Shown here piece after piece: positions 20,988 to 31,750 of a stretch of DNA of 64,000 bases. Numbering within the stretch: position 1 is the first letter of the stretch; each line of letters starts with the position of its first letter. The notes under the pieces are model-generated. The model saw nothing but the letters and a program-made list of their open reading frames with translations. It was not told where the DNA came from and did no database searches. The position numbers were made by a program, and so were the translations under genes. Origin of the DNA: an uncultured Thiothrix sp. (GTDB lineage Bacteria; Pseudomonadota; Gammaproteobacteria; Poriferisulfidales; GCA-002705445); contig CACJPG010000001.1 in assembly GCA_902595225.1 (NCBI GenBank), positions 149,161 through 213,160 of the forward strand, given 5' to 3'.

Positions 20988-23900
20988 ATGTCATTAATAA
21001 AAAAGATTGACTCCTACTTTAATCATGCCAGCTATACGACAAATGATGGGCTAAGTTATTCCTCTGATTCACTCTTTCTTTCAACTAACAATAATTCAAA
21101 TATCTTAATAGTCGCAAATAATAATGATGACGCATTGAGAATTCATGATGAACTAAGAGCATTTGGTGAACTGATAAATAAAAGCCAAGAAATAATACTA
21201 ATACCTGGAACAGAAGACATGCCATACGATATGGTTAATTCTGATAAATATTTATCCTCTTCTAGAAATCTAGGTCTTATTAAGTATATGGAATTAAAAA
21301 AACGAGACCTAAAAATAATAACAACAATTAAAAATCTTCAAAGAAAAATAATTAGCCCAAATATTTTAAATATGAAAACAATTCGATTAAATGAAAATCA
21401 AGAAATAGATCTTGAACATTTAAAAAGTCATCTTATTGAAATCGGGTATATTGCATCTCCACAGGTAAATTTTTGTGGAGAATTTGCAGTGAGAGGATCA
21501 ATATTAGATATATTCCCTGGAGGAAGCAAGCTACCAGTTAGAATTGATTTATTCGATACTGAAATTGAAAGTATGAGATATTTTGAAATAGACACACAAA
21601 TGACCTTTAATAATAGTAATTTAAAAAATCTTTATATTGTTCCAATAGACAATATCATTCTCGGGGAAAAAAATATTATAAATTTTAGGAAAAATTTCCG
21701 ATCAAGCTTTGAAGGAAATCCTAACGAAAGCGATGTTTACAGAAACATAAGTAATAATATTATTACACAAGGTTTTAATAATTACTTCCCATTGTTATAT
21801 GATAGAACTAGTACTTTATTTGATTATTTTCTAGATATTGATAATTTTTTATTTTTTGATGATTATAATAAAAATTTTGAAGATTATGATATTGATATAA
21901 AAAGTCGCTATGATTCTTATAGTGCAAATAATAATATGCTACACCCTTCTAAACTTTACTTGAATAAAAACGAAGTAATAAAGAATATTTCTACTAAAAA
22001 TATTATAAAGATATATAAAAATAGAGATTTTGATAAAAAATCATATAATTTTTATATTTCAGCAGCGCCAGATATATCCTTAAAACCTTACCTAGAAGAG
22101 CCGTTAAATAACCTTTCTAAGTTAGTCAAAAAATCGTCGAGTGTTATTTTATTTTGCGAAGATGATCAAAAACTTCTTAGACTAAAAGATATTTTAAAAT
22201 ATCAAAAAATAAATTTTCAGGAAATTAAAGATCTGGAAAATATTACAGAATATAATTCAACTTTACTCATAGCAAAAAACTATATAAAAGAATCATTTAA
22301 AATTAATGATTTAGATATTTTATTTGTGAGGTACAACGATATATTTAAAGAAAAAATTAAACAAGAATCGAAAAATAATACAAAATCTGCATTCTTCATT
22401 GATCAATTAAAAAATCTTGATATCGGATCTCCTGTTGTTCACGAAATACATGGTGTTGGAAGATATCAAGGTCTTACTCATTTGGATTCAGGAGGTTTTT
22501 TAAGTGAATACTTAGCTATCTCATATGCAGAAAATGACAAACTTTACGTACCTGTATCATCTCTTCATTTAGTAAATAAGTACATTACTACAGACGAGGA
22601 AAATGCTCCATTACATAAATTAGGCTCTTTAAATTGGAGTAATGCTAAAAAGAAAGCAACAAAAAAAGCATATGATATAGCAGCAGAACTTCTAGAACTT
22701 AATGCGAAGAGAGCAATGAAAAAAACTCTTGGATATGAAATCAACGAAATTGAATACGAAAAGTTTAAAAGTGAGTTTATTTACGATGAAACAGAAGACC
22801 AGAAAAAAGCGATTGAGGACGTAATTGAAGATCTTTGCTCTGAAAAACTTATGGATAGACTTGTTTGTGGTGATGTTGGATTTGGAAAGACCGAAATTGC
22901 TTTAAGAGCAGCTTTTATCTGTGCATCAAATTACAAGCAGGTCGTTGTATTAGCCCCAACAACATTGCTTGCAGAGCAACATGAAAAAGTTTTTAAAGAG
23001 AGATTTCGGAATTGGCCATTTAATATTAAATGCTTGTCAAGATTCAAATCAAAGAAGGAGCAGGATAATATAATTTCTGAAATTAAAAATGGTCAATGTA
23101 ATATAATTGTTGGAACACATAAAGTAATACAAAAAGATGTTAAATTTAAATCTTTAGGACTATTAATCATTGACGAAGAGCAAAAATTTGGAGTTAAACA
23201 TAAGGAGTTTTTAAAAAAAATAAAAAATGAAATTAATGTTCTTACTCTTACAGCAACACCAATACCTCGAACCTTAAACATGTCTCTTGGTGGTATTAGA
23301 GACTTAAGTATAATTGCAACATCGCCTGAAAATAGAATGCCAATTAAAACTTATGTATCAAATTGGGAAAAGAACGTAATCAAAGACGCTTGTGACAGAG
23401 AAATAAACAGAGGTGGTCAAGTATTTTTCTTGCATAACAGAGTAAATGATATTACTGCGGTCTATAATACTTTAAAAGATTTGATGCCATCGTATTCAAT
23501 TAAAGTTGCTCATGCTCAGATGAATGCTTCACAACTTGAAAAAATTATACTCGAATTCTATAACAAGAAATTTAATATTCTCTTGTCTACAACAATTATT
23601 GAAAATGGAATAGATATTGCAAATGCAAATACAATTTTGGTAAATAGGTCAGATAAATTTGGTTTATCTCAGCTTCATCAAATACGCGGGAGAGTTGGCC
23701 GAAGCAATAAACAAGCTTTTTGTTACTTACTTGTATCCGATAGAAATCTTATTACGGAAAATGCAAAGAAAAGACTTTTAGCGCTTGAAACTATGGAGGA
23801 TTTAGGCTCAGGTTTTTCTATAGCATCTAGAGATCTTGAAATCAGAGGTGCTGGCGCACTATTAGGTGATTCTCAGAGTGGCGATATTCAAGAGATAGGG

Positions 23901-24416
23901 TTTTCTCTTTATAATAGAATACTTACAAAAGCTATAAAATCTTTAAAAAAAGGTGAAATACCAAATATGGATAAGCCATTAGACTCAGTAACAGAAATTG
24001 ATTTGAACGAGATAGCTCTAATTCCAGAAAACTATATAAACGACATAAATCAAAGACTTGTTATGTATAAAAAAATAGCTAATAGTGCATCAAAAGGTCA
24101 CTTAGATGATATAATTCTTGAGCTTACAAACAGATTTGGTCTTGTACCTGAGGAATTACACAATCTTATTGATATAACGAAGATGAAGCTAAAATATTCA
24201 AAAATCGGGGTTAGGAAAATAAACATAGCAAGAGGAAGTCTAAAAATTATCATCGAAGATGGTGATTACTTTAATAATGAAAAACTAATAAGTTTTATCA
24301 AAAAGAATAATAATGCATCGTTTAATAAAAATAATACATTAACACTCAAAAAGGATTTTTCTGATATTAGAGAGAAAAAAATTGTGATAGCAAATGTCAT
24401 AGAGTCAATTAGGTAG
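20988..24416 (+). CDS. mfd: transcription-repair coupling factor
   Basis: 1142 aa, UvrB-homology N-terminus, CarD/TRCF domain, superfamily-2 helicase motifs (GDVGFGKTE, DEEQKFG) and a C-terminal TRG-like region. Confidence 0.95.
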   Translation: MSLIKKIDSYFNHASYTTNDGLSYSSDSLFLSTNNNSNILIVANNNDDALRIHDELRAFGELINKSQEIILIPGTEDMPYDMVNSDKYLSSSRNLGLIKYMELKKRDLKIITTIKNLQRKIISPNILNMKTIRLNENQEIDLEHLKSHLIEIGYIASPQVNFCGEFAVRGSILDIFPGGSKLPVRIDLFDTEIESMRYFEIDTQMTFNNSNLKNLYIVPIDNIILGEKNIINFRKNFRSSFEGNPNESDVYRNISNNIITQGFNNYFPLLYDRTSTLFDYFLDIDNFLFFDDYNKNFEDYDIDIKSRYDSYSANNNMLHPSKLYLNKNEVIKNISTKNIIKIYKNRDFDKKSYNFYISAAPDISLKPYLEEPLNNLSKLVKKSSSVILFCEDDQKLLRLKDILKYQKINFQEIKDLENITEYNSTLLIAKNYIKESFKINDLDILFVRYNDIFKEKIKQESKNNTKSAFFIDQLKNLDIGSPVVHEIHGVGRYQGLTHLDSGGFLSEYLAISYAENDKLYVPVSSLHLVNKYITTDEENAPLHKLGSLNWSNAKKKATKKAYDIAAELLELNAKRAMKKTLGYEINEIEYEKFKSEFIYDETEDQKKAIEDVIEDLCSEKLMDRLVCGDVGFGKTEIALRAAFICASNYKQVVVLAPTTLLAEQHEKVFKERFRNWPFNIKCLSRFKSKKEQDNIISEIKNGQCNIIVGTHKVIQKDVKFKSLGLLIIDEEQKFGVKHKEFLKKIKNEINVLTLTATPIPRTLNMSLGGIRDLSIIATSPENRMPIKTYVSNWEKNVIKDACDREINRGGQVFFLHNRVNDITAVYNTLKDLMPSYSIKVAHAQMNASQLEKIILEFYNKKFNILLSTTIIENGIDIANANTILVNRSDKFGLSQLHQIRGRVGRSNKQAFCYLLVSDRNLITENAKKRLLALETMEDLGSGFSIASRDLEIRGAGALLGDSQSGDIQEIGFSLYNRILTKAIKSLKKGEIPNMDKPLDSVTEIDLNEIALIPENYINDINQRLVMYKKIANSASKGHLDDIILELTNRFGLVPEELHNLIDITKMKLKYSKIGVRKINIARGSLKIIIEDGDYFNNEKLISFIKKNNNASFNKNNTLTLKKDFSDIREKKIVIANVIESIR

Positions 24417-24420
24417 CATA

Positions 24421-25092
24421 ATGAGAATTTTTATACTTATTGTTATTTATTTTTTTGCTTTATCAAATTCTTTAAAAGCAGATGAGGCTATTGGTAAAAA
24501 TTTTTATCAAGTACAGCTAATATTCTTTACCCACAAAATTTCTAATTATATTGATCATAATGAAAATTATGCAAACTCTCCATTCGTAGAAAAATCAAAT
24601 ATTGAGATTAAGTTAAATAATTGTTTAATTTTAGAAGACTTGACATGTGTTAAGTACGAAAATGATCATAAACTAAGTAATTTTAATGATTATTTAAACT
24701 TATTAAAAAAAGATAAAGATATTAGTATTCTAAATCATTTAGAGTGGGTTCAAGATTTCTCCAATAATTATTATATAAAAATTAAATCTGGCTATGACTA
24801 TAGTGATGACATTTTCGACGAAATATTAAACATAGATGATATTAGTATAATTGGCTCTGGAAAAATAACCAGATATGAAGGAAGCATAAATATTAGTAAG
24901 AAAAACTTTCACGAAATAGAGATCAATATGTTTGAGCGAATGAAAATGAAACCACCTGGTTTTTTTTCAAGTGAAGTACTAACATCTAAAAATTACATCA
25001 TAAAACAGAAAATTAAAATCGGAAAGATGTATTATATTGATAGAGATAATTTTGGGATAATAGTGCGAGTAAGCAAGGTCGAAAAATCATAA
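24421..25092 (+). CDS. hypothetical exported protein
   Basis: 223 aa, N-terminal signal peptide (MRIFILIVIYFFALSNSLKA), no recognised domain. Confidence 0.45.
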   Translation: MRIFILIVIYFFALSNSLKADEAIGKNFYQVQLIFFTHKISNYIDHNENYANSPFVEKSNIEIKLNNCLILEDLTCVKYENDHKLSNFNDYLNLLKKDKDISILNHLEWVQDFSNNYYIKIKSGYDYSDDIFDEILNIDDISIIGSGKITRYEGSINISKKNFHEIEINMFERMKMKPPGFFSSEVLTSKNYIIKQKIKIGKMYYIDRDNFGIIVRVSKVEKS

Positions 25093-25094
25093 GG

Positions 25095-26156
25095 TTACTC
25101 GGCTATATGGACTCTTGTTGGGAAAGCTATCTCTGCCCCATTTTTTTCTATAATTTCGCCAACCTTCATTAAAACATCTTGTTTAATTTCATGATATTTG
25201 ACCCACTCCGTAGTATTTGCAAATGTATTCACAAAAAAGTCTATAGAGCTATCGTTATAACTATCAAAATTTACTATCGTTATTTGTTTATGATCAATTT
25301 GATCGTGATTAGTTATCATTTCTTTAACTTCGTTCACAATTTTTTCCATTTTAGACATATCTTTATATCTCAAGCCTATTACTTCTCTAATTCTTCTATG
25401 CGTCATTCTTGATGGATTTTCAACAATAATATTCATAAATATTGAATTTGGTATATATATTATATTTTTCTTAAAGTTTCTTATCGATGTTTGTCTCCAG
25501 CCTATATTTTCCACAGTACCTTCAAGTTCTCTATCAGGTGACCTGATCCAATCACCTTTTCTAAATGGTCTATCAAGATATATCATTAAACCCCCAAAAA
25601 AATTCGCAAGCATGTCTTTTGCTGCAAAACCAACAGCGACTCCACCTATTCCACCAAAAGCAAGAACGCCAGAAACACTAAATCCAAAAGTCTGTAGAAT
25701 TATTAAACCAGAAATTATAATTACAGATAGTCTAATAATCTTAGTTATAGCTTCATATGTTGACTCATCAATATCAATATTATTTTGTTTATTTTTATGT
25801 ATTACGGCAATTTGAAAATTTTTTGATATACTTATTAAAAAGAGTGCTATTACAATAATTATACCAGTTCTTTTCACATTACTAATTAAATCTGTAGATA
25901 TTGTAATAAATTCAATGTCATTATTTAAAAACTCTAAGGCATAAATTATACCCATTATCCAAACTAAGAACGTGAATGGCTTATATACAGAATCTATTAC
26001 ACAATCGTCCCACATATTATATGTTTTTGATGATTGCTTTTTAAGATAACTAAGAATAACTCTTGTAAAAAGATTAATTACTACGATAAGAAAAATTATA
26101 GAAAGAAATTTTATTACCCAATGATCAAAACTTAAATTGTAAAATATATTCTGCAT
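25095..26156 (-). CDS. mscS: small-conductance mechanosensitive channel
   Basis: TM3 and beta-domain signature FGGIGGVAVGFAAKDMLANFFGGLMIYLDRPFRKGDWI. Confidence 0.85.
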   Translation of the reverse strand: MQNIFYNLSFDHWVIKFLSIIFLIVVINLFTRVILSYLKKQSSKTYNMWDDCVIDSVYKPFTFLVWIMGIIYALEFLNNDIEFITISTDLISNVKRTGIIIVIALFLISISKNFQIAVIHKNKQNNIDIDESTYEAITKIIRLSVIIISGLIILQTFGFSVSGVLAFGGIGGVAVGFAAKDMLANFFGGLMIYLDRPFRKGDWIRSPDRELEGTVENIGWRQTSIRNFKKNIIYIPNSIFMNIIVENPSRMTHRRIREVIGLRYKDMSKMEKIVNEVKEMITNHDQIDHKQITIVNFDSYNDSSIDFFVNTFANTTEWVKYHEIKQDVLMKVGEIIEKNGAEIAFPTRVHIAE

Positions 26157-26159
26157 AGT

Positions 26160-27197
26160 TTATATACTTATCTCCATTTGGTTTTTCTTATCAAGAAATT
26201 TTAACTCATCAAGAATCGATAATCTCTTTTTACTCTTAAAAATATTCTCACTAATTCCTTTATTCTGTAATTTTAACATTTTTCCGTTAAGTTCGTAGTC
26301 TCCAACTAAATTAATATTTTCGCAAATATTTTCAACCTCTTTTCGGTTATTGCAGACAAAGATACAATCACAACCCGATTCAATTGATTTAACCAAATTA
26401 TCTTTAATTCCTCCAAATCTCTCAAGAGCTTTCATGCTTAAATCATCTGAGAATATTAACCCTTTATATCTGAGCTCATTCCTAAGAATTTTTAACCATT
26501 TTTGAGATATTGTAGGTGGATATGTATCAAAATTTTTGTAGAGGACGTGAGAAGTCATTATACCTTCGATATTTTGGTCAATAGCTATCTTATATGGTGA
26601 AATATCATCGTTCAAAATAGTTTTAAAATCTCTGTTATCCTCTGGAAGTGTATCGTGAGAATCAGCTTTTGCATATCCATGGCCTGGATAATGTTTGCAT
26701 ATAAGTGATAATCCTGTTTCTTTAGCGCCTTTTATATAGGAATCTGCTAAATACGAAACAATTTTTTTTGAATTTGCAAAGCATCTCGACTTCATTACAG
26801 AGCTTTTTGAATAATTAATATCTAATACTGGCGAAGTATTAACATCAACACCCAAATAGCTTAGCTCGAAATTAATTAACCAACCAAGATTTTTAGATAA
26901 TTTAATTGCATCATCAGGATCTGAATTATACTTTTCACCTAGAAGCTCTATACTTGGAATGATAGTTAAACCTTCTTTAAATCTTTGAACTCTCCCGCCC
27001 TCTTGATCTACATAGATAATTAAAGAAGGTGATCTTAAGTTTTTAATATCATTAATGAGTTTTGAAACCTGATCTATAGATATATAGTTCCTTGAAAATA
27101 GAATAACACCTCCTATATTTGGGTGCTTTAGAATATCTTTATCTTCTTGAGTTAATTCAGGCCCGTCGATATCGATAATTAACTTTCCAAGGTTCAT
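26160..27197 (-). CDS. nagZ: beta-N-acetylhexosaminidase (GH3), peptidoglycan recycling
   Basis: DQEGGRVQRF and KHYPGHG motifs of GH3 NagZ. Confidence 0.85.
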   Translation of the reverse strand: MNLGKLIIDIDGPELTQEDKDILKHPNIGGVILFSRNYISIDQVSKLINDIKNLRSPSLIIYVDQEGGRVQRFKEGLTIIPSIELLGEKYNSDPDDAIKLSKNLGWLINFELSYLGVDVNTSPVLDINYSKSSVMKSRCFANSKKIVSYLADSYIKGAKETGLSLICKHYPGHGYAKADSHDTLPEDNRDFKTILNDDISPYKIAIDQNIEGIMTSHVLYKNFDTYPPTISQKWLKILRNELRYKGLIFSDDLSMKALERFGGIKDNLVKSIESGCDCIFVCNNRKEVENICENINLVGDYELNGKMLKLQNKGISENIFKSKKRLSILDELKFLDKKNQMEISI

Positions 27198-27318
27198 TAT
27201 TCTTACCTGCTAATTTTTGTTAACTAATTATACAAAAAAAATGTATGTTACTATATATTTAATTATATACTATTAAATGTTTAGCAAACGAAATTAAATA
27301 CTTACTAAAGGAACTATT

Positions 27319-27714
27319 ATGGATTATCTTACGGTCGAACAAATGGTGAAAGAAGCAAAAGAAAATTTGCATGAATTTTCTGTCCAAGATGTTAAAGAAA
27401 AACTTAATAATAGTAATGTCTGTATTATTGATATTAGAGACTCTTCTGAATGTATTGAAAATGGAATTATTCCAGGATCGTTTCATGTATCAAGAGGTGT
27501 TCTAGAATTTAATGCTGATCCAAAATGTGAATACTATAAAGATTTCTTTGATAAAGATAGAGAAATAATCCTTTACTGCCATACTGGAAGCCGTTCAGCT
27601 TTAGCTTCTGCTACGTTAAAAGAAATGGGGTATACAAATGTAGCTCATATGAGAGGAGGATTTAAAGACTGGATGCGAAAGATTGGAGATATTGATGACT
27701 ATAAAAAAATGTAG
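27319..27714 (+). CDS. rhodanese-domain sulfurtransferase
   Basis: 131 aa, active-site loop CHTGSRS. Confidence 0.8.
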   Translation: MDYLTVEQMVKEAKENLHEFSVQDVKEKLNNSNVCIIDIRDSSECIENGIIPGSFHVSRGVLEFNADPKCEYYKDFFDKDREIILYCHTGSRSALASATLKEMGYTNVAHMRGGFKDWMRKIGDIDDYKKM

Positions 27715-27962
27715 TTGGGCATCTTATTATTGAATAAATAAAAACTAATAAATCTTCTAAGATTTTCTCTCTATACTGAATCCTTTTCTATTCTGAATCC
27801 TTTTTTGTATTTTCGACAAGTTTTTTATTTGTTTCCACAATTTGGTCTAACTGTTCATTTATAGAATCCAGACTTTTACTTATAGAAAACAATATAAGCA
27901 TTATTACTATGCATATAATTGTCAAAATAACCATCATCATAAATACCTCCCTACAACTAAAA

Positions 27963-28050
<88 letters not shown>

Positions 28051-28141
28051 TCAAGATACCACAAAATATTCGAAATCGTACATATTTACAAAAACGCAAT
28101 ATCACGCTAATGTATACAAAATTAATCATGGAGCTTATATT

Positions 28142-28831
28142 ATGAATAATAGCAATACAAGTGTTAGAGAACAAGCAAGAACCATTGAAACCAATAAGGT
28201 TTTAAAAAATACTTACATTCTCTTATCAATGACATTACTTTTTAGTGCATCAGCAGCTTTTATCAGCTATGCAATGAACGTTCCTTACATTAATCCTTTT
28301 ATAACCCTTGGATTATATTTCTTGACACTTTGGTTGACTACAAAAAATAGAAACAATGTATCTGGAATTTTTTGGGTATTCTGTCTAACAGGTGTATTAG
28401 GTTTCACACTAGGACCAATCCTTAATCTTTATATAAATAATTTAAGCAATGGTTCAGAAATTGTTGCTATTTCCTTATTAATGACAGGAAGTATTTTTCT
28501 AACCCTTTCAGCATATGTGAACTATACGAAAAAAGATTTCAGCTTTATGGGTGGATTTCTTGCGTCAGGTATTATATTAGCTTTCGTAGCAAGTATAATT
28601 CTATTAATAGCTTCAATGATGGGTTATAGTCAATTTACATTTCTATCATTAGGTATTTCAGGATTATTTGCTATGCTCATGTGTGGACTTATTTTATTCC
28701 AGACAAGTGCGATTATTCATGGTGGTGAAAGAAATTATGTCATGGCTACAGTAACGCTATATATTTCTTTATATAATCTTTTTGTAAGCTTACTGCACAT
28801 ACTTGGCGCATTTATGGGAAATAGAGATTAA
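28142..28831 (+). CDS. BAX inhibitor-1/YccA family membrane protein
   Basis: The 229 aa read from the internal Met ([11 protein letters not shown]...) is 7-TM with a C-terminal charged tail. The ORF-track start at 27962 lies inside the tRNA and is rejected. Confidence 0.8.
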   Translation: MNNSNTSVREQARTIETNKVLKNTYILLSMTLLFSASAAFISYAMNVPYINPFITLGLYFLTLWLTTKNRNNVSGIFWVFCLTGVLGFTLGPILNLYINNLSNGSEIVAISLLMTGSIFLTLSAYVNYTKKDFSFMGGFLASGIILAFVASIILLIASMMGYSQFTFLSLGISGLFAMLMCGLILFQTSAIIHGGERNYVMATVTLYISLYNLFVSLLHILGAFMGNRD

Positions 28832-28864
28832 TTAATAAAAAAATAATAATAAGGAGAAAAAATA

Positions 28865-29137
28865 ATGCCAAAATTTATAATCGAAAGAGACATAGCTGAT
28901 GCTGGATCTTTAACAAATGATGAGCTTCAAGGTATATCTCAAAAATCTTGTGATGTTTTAAAGAAACTTGGAACAGAGATACAGTGGCTAGAAAGTTATG
29001 TCACAAAAGATAAGGTTTATTGTGTATACATTGCTCCAAATGAAGAGCTTATTAAAGAACATGCAAAAGAAGGCGGATTTCCAGCAAACAAAATCAGTGC
29101 TGTAAAGAAAACAATAGATCCAACTACCTCGGAATAA
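28865..29137 (+). CDS. small conserved protein, DUF4242-like (tentative)
   Basis: 90 aa, MPKFIIERD... resembles the DUF4242 family, from memory only. Confidence 0.45.
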   Translation: MPKFIIERDIADAGSLTNDELQGISQKSCDVLKKLGTEIQWLESYVTKDKVYCVYIAPNEELIKEHAKEGGFPANKISAVKKTIDPTTSE

Positions 29138-29146
29138 AATAATATT

Positions 29147-29659
29147 TTATTTGTACATAACTGAATTTATAAAAGAAATAAATTCAGGACTATCCCATTC
29201 TTTTTCTCCTTCGACTCTGTATATTATCTTTCCCTTTTTGTTTAATAAAAAAGTCGTAGGAATTGCTTGAACATTCCAATCAGTTAAAGAAATTTCCTCA
29301 TCAAGAAGAATTAAAAAATTTACTTTATCTATACTTTTTAAAAAATTTTCTACAACATCCTTGTTTTGCCCAATATTTATTGCAACTACCTGGAAATCAT
29401 CATTGGAACTAAAGTTTTCATTTAAGTTATTTAAGGATGGAATTTCGTTGACACATGGTTTGCACCAAGTTGCCCAAAAATTAACAAGGATATATGAGTC
29501 TTTGAATTCGTCAAGATTAATGATTTTATCGTTTAGATTATAAAGACTAAAATTAACTGGCTTCGGATCATCTACTTTAATCATCAGAGAAGTTTTATTA
29601 TCAGAACAAGACAATAAAGTTAGAATAAGAAGGAGAAAAATATTTGATAAATTTTTCAT
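29147..29659 (-). CDS. TlpA/ResA-like periplasmic thiol:disulfide oxidoreductase lipoprotein
   Basis: Lipobox LLSCS, thioredoxin fold with WATWCKPC. Confidence 0.8.
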   Translation of the reverse strand: MKNLSNIFLLLILTLLSCSDNKTSLMIKVDDPKPVNFSLYNLNDKIINLDEFKDSYILVNFWATWCKPCVNEIPSLNNLNENFSSNDDFQVVAINIGQNKDVVENFLKSIDKVNFLILLDEEISLTDWNVQAIPTTFLLNKKGKIIYRVEGEKEWDSPEFISFINSVMYK

Positions 29660-30991
29660 TTATTTGTTATAACCCATATCTTTTTTATTCGCCCAATTCG
29701 GATCATCTTCAGTTAAATCTCCAACAGGTGCTGCCAAAGCATCAGCTATTAAAATATTTATATTCTCGCCAACTAATGATTCTAAGAATAATCTTAAATT
29801 TATTTTCTCTCTTTTAGAGAGATTGAGCTCCTTTATCATAGGGCTTAACAACTCATTTTTAACTCCACCTTGGTTGTAAAATTCAATTACTTCGTCAAGA
29901 TTACTAAAAATCCCATTATGCATGTAAGGCGCTGTAAGTGATATATTTCTGAGACTTGGCGTTCTGAATAACCAGCGGTGTGAAGGGTTTTCAGTTATGG
30001 TATACAGTCCAAGATCATTTCTTCTTTTTTGTTGATTTACACTTTCAATTATTTCATTCTCTACTTCTACATACTCACCAGGAGCAAGTTGTACTAAAGT
30101 TTTTTTACTTGATAATAATCCCATTGACTCTGCATAACCGACACCAGTGTTATGAAGTTTATCATCAATGAATAATGCTTCGTTTTGCCCTATTGTGTGG
30201 CAACTTACACAATTTCCTTTTCCAACAAATACTTTAAAACCCTCTTTAACACTTTCGTCAACAGCATTTTGATCTCCACCAAAATACCATTTATCAAATG
30301 CAGAATTTCCAGATATAAGGGATCTTTCATAGCTAGCTATTGCTTTACCAAATGTGATCATATTGATACCTTCTCCAGGGAAAGCTTTTTCAAATAATTC
30401 CTTATACCCAGAAATTAGTTCTAATTTTTTTATTGTGAAACCAAAAGATGGCATAGCCATTTCTGAATGAGCTAATATCGGCTGCCAAACTTGATTTTCT
30501 AATGAGTATTCTCTTGCGTCATGAAAAAGAAATTTATTATAAGCAACATTTAATAAGGTCGGAGTATTTCTTAAATTTGATCGCCCTTCGATACCTACCG
30601 CAGTTTTTATCTCGTTGCTTGTGAAGCCTTGTTCAGGAACGTGGCACATTCCGCAAGACATTGTATTATTTAATGACAACCTTCTATCAAAAAATAATTT
30701 TTTTCCAAGTTCTATCTTTTCTCTAGTTATTGGGTTATCTTTAGGAATGTCTAGCTTTGGCAAACCTAATTGCTTCATTGTTACAAATTTTATTAAATCT
30801 GCGCTTTTTCCTTTTCTATCACTTAAACTTAATGAGTTTGTTTCGTAGTCCTTGGAGTTATACCCATCTTTATTATCTCCTGGGCCAGAGTAATTTGATA
30901 ATTCACTACTAAATGACATCCCGCAAAAGAATAGGATAAAAAGGAAGAAAATTAACCTAAAGTAACTAAATAAACTAGAAATCTCACTCAT
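29660..30991 (-). CDS. di-heme cytochrome c peroxidase / MauG-family protein
   Basis: Two CXXCH heme motifs (CGMCHV, CVSCHT) spaced as in the CCP/MauG family. Confidence 0.85.
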   Translation of the reverse strand: MSEISSLFSYFRLIFFLFILFFCGMSFSSELSNYSGPGDNKDGYNSKDYETNSLSLSDRKGKSADLIKFVTMKQLGLPKLDIPKDNPITREKIELGKKLFFDRRLSLNNTMSCGMCHVPEQGFTSNEIKTAVGIEGRSNLRNTPTLLNVAYNKFLFHDAREYSLENQVWQPILAHSEMAMPSFGFTIKKLELISGYKELFEKAFPGEGINMITFGKAIASYERSLISGNSAFDKWYFGGDQNAVDESVKEGFKVFVGKGNCVSCHTIGQNEALFIDDKLHNTGVGYAESMGLLSSKKTLVQLAPGEYVEVENEIIESVNQQKRRNDLGLYTITENPSHRWLFRTPSLRNISLTAPYMHNGIFSNLDEVIEFYNQGGVKNELLSPMIKELNLSKREKINLRLFLESLVGENINILIADALAAPVGDLTEDDPNWANKKDMGYNK

Positions 30992-31685
30992 TATCTAATA
31001 ATAGTGTTTTTATATCGTTAATCAATAGGTCTGGGTGCAGAAAATCAACATTGTATACATTTCTTATAAATTTTTTATCATCTATAAGGTAAACTCTTAA
31101 CAAATGTGACTCAACACCATCATATGACCCATCATTTTTATACTTTCTTATTACGGGCTGATCATAGTCATCAAGTATTGGGTTTAAATCATTATATGAT
31201 TTAGTAGTTAGGAAATCCCAGTCTGCGTCAATATAACTAAGACCTTTTCCGTAAAGCGCCATAACTTCTGGAGTATCAAATTTAGGATCAAAACTTAAAC
31301 TAATCATTTTTAATTTTGATAATATTTTTTTATTTTTTTTAAGCTTTTCTTGGATTTTGTAGAATACTGATGTAGCAAGTGGACAACCATTTGTGTCAGT
31401 ACAATTACTATATATGAAACTTAAAAGCGTAATTTTATTATCCATAAGGTTATGAAGACTATCCAAATCTCCATTAGGTAAAAGTACTTTTCCATCACCA
31501 GACTTTCTTACATCAAAAAGTTTGTATGAGCCTGCTTGAGGTAATTCATAACCAAGATTGTCTCTCCAGCCTATAGCAAGATCAGTTCGCTCTTTCTTAA
31601 TAAGATTTCTTTCTTTCTCAATATCACTCTCTGAGAAAGATGTATGGGAAATCATAATTAAAATTAGGATTAAAAGTTTTTTCAT
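30984..31685 (-). CDS. SCO1/SenC-like copper chaperone, atypical metal motif
   Basis: Thioredoxin-like SCO fold with signal peptide. The metal motif reads CTDTNGCP (C-x5-CP) instead of the canonical CxxxCP. Confidence 0.7.
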   Translation of the reverse strand: MKKLLILILIMISHTSFSESDIEKERNLIKKERTDLAIGWRDNLGYELPQAGSYKLFDVRKSGDGKVLLPNGDLDSLHNLMDNKITLLSFIYSNCTDTNGCPLATSVFYKIQEKLKKNKKILSKLKMISLSFDPKFDTPEVMALYGKGLSYIDADWDFLTTKSYNDLNPILDDYDQPVIRKYKNDGSYDGVESHLLRVYLIDDKKFIRNVYNVDFLHPDLLINDIKTLLLDNE

Positions 31686-31693
31686 ATTACTAA

Positions 31694-31719
31694 TAAAAAA
31701 AGGCTAACTATGTTAGCCT
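31694..31719 (-). terminator. intrinsic terminator after mtoX (hairpin AGGCTAAC-tat-GTTAGCCT followed by a U-run on the minus strand)
   Basis: Perfect 8-bp inverted repeat at 31701-31719. It is flanked by a 7-A run on the plus strand, which gives a U7 tail on the minus-strand transcript. Confidence 0.5.
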
Positions 31720-31750
31720 TAATTTTATCACCATGTAATAAATTAATAAA

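Noticed and set aside
29161-29187. 10-bp-stem hairpin CTGAATTTAT-aaaagaa-ATAAATTCAG as a bidirectional terminator at the DUF4242/tlpA convergence
   Set aside because: It lies inside the last 13 codons of tlpA and is an all-AT stem without a clean U-tract. It may be a weak terminator for the DUF4242 transcript, but it is not convincing enough to call.
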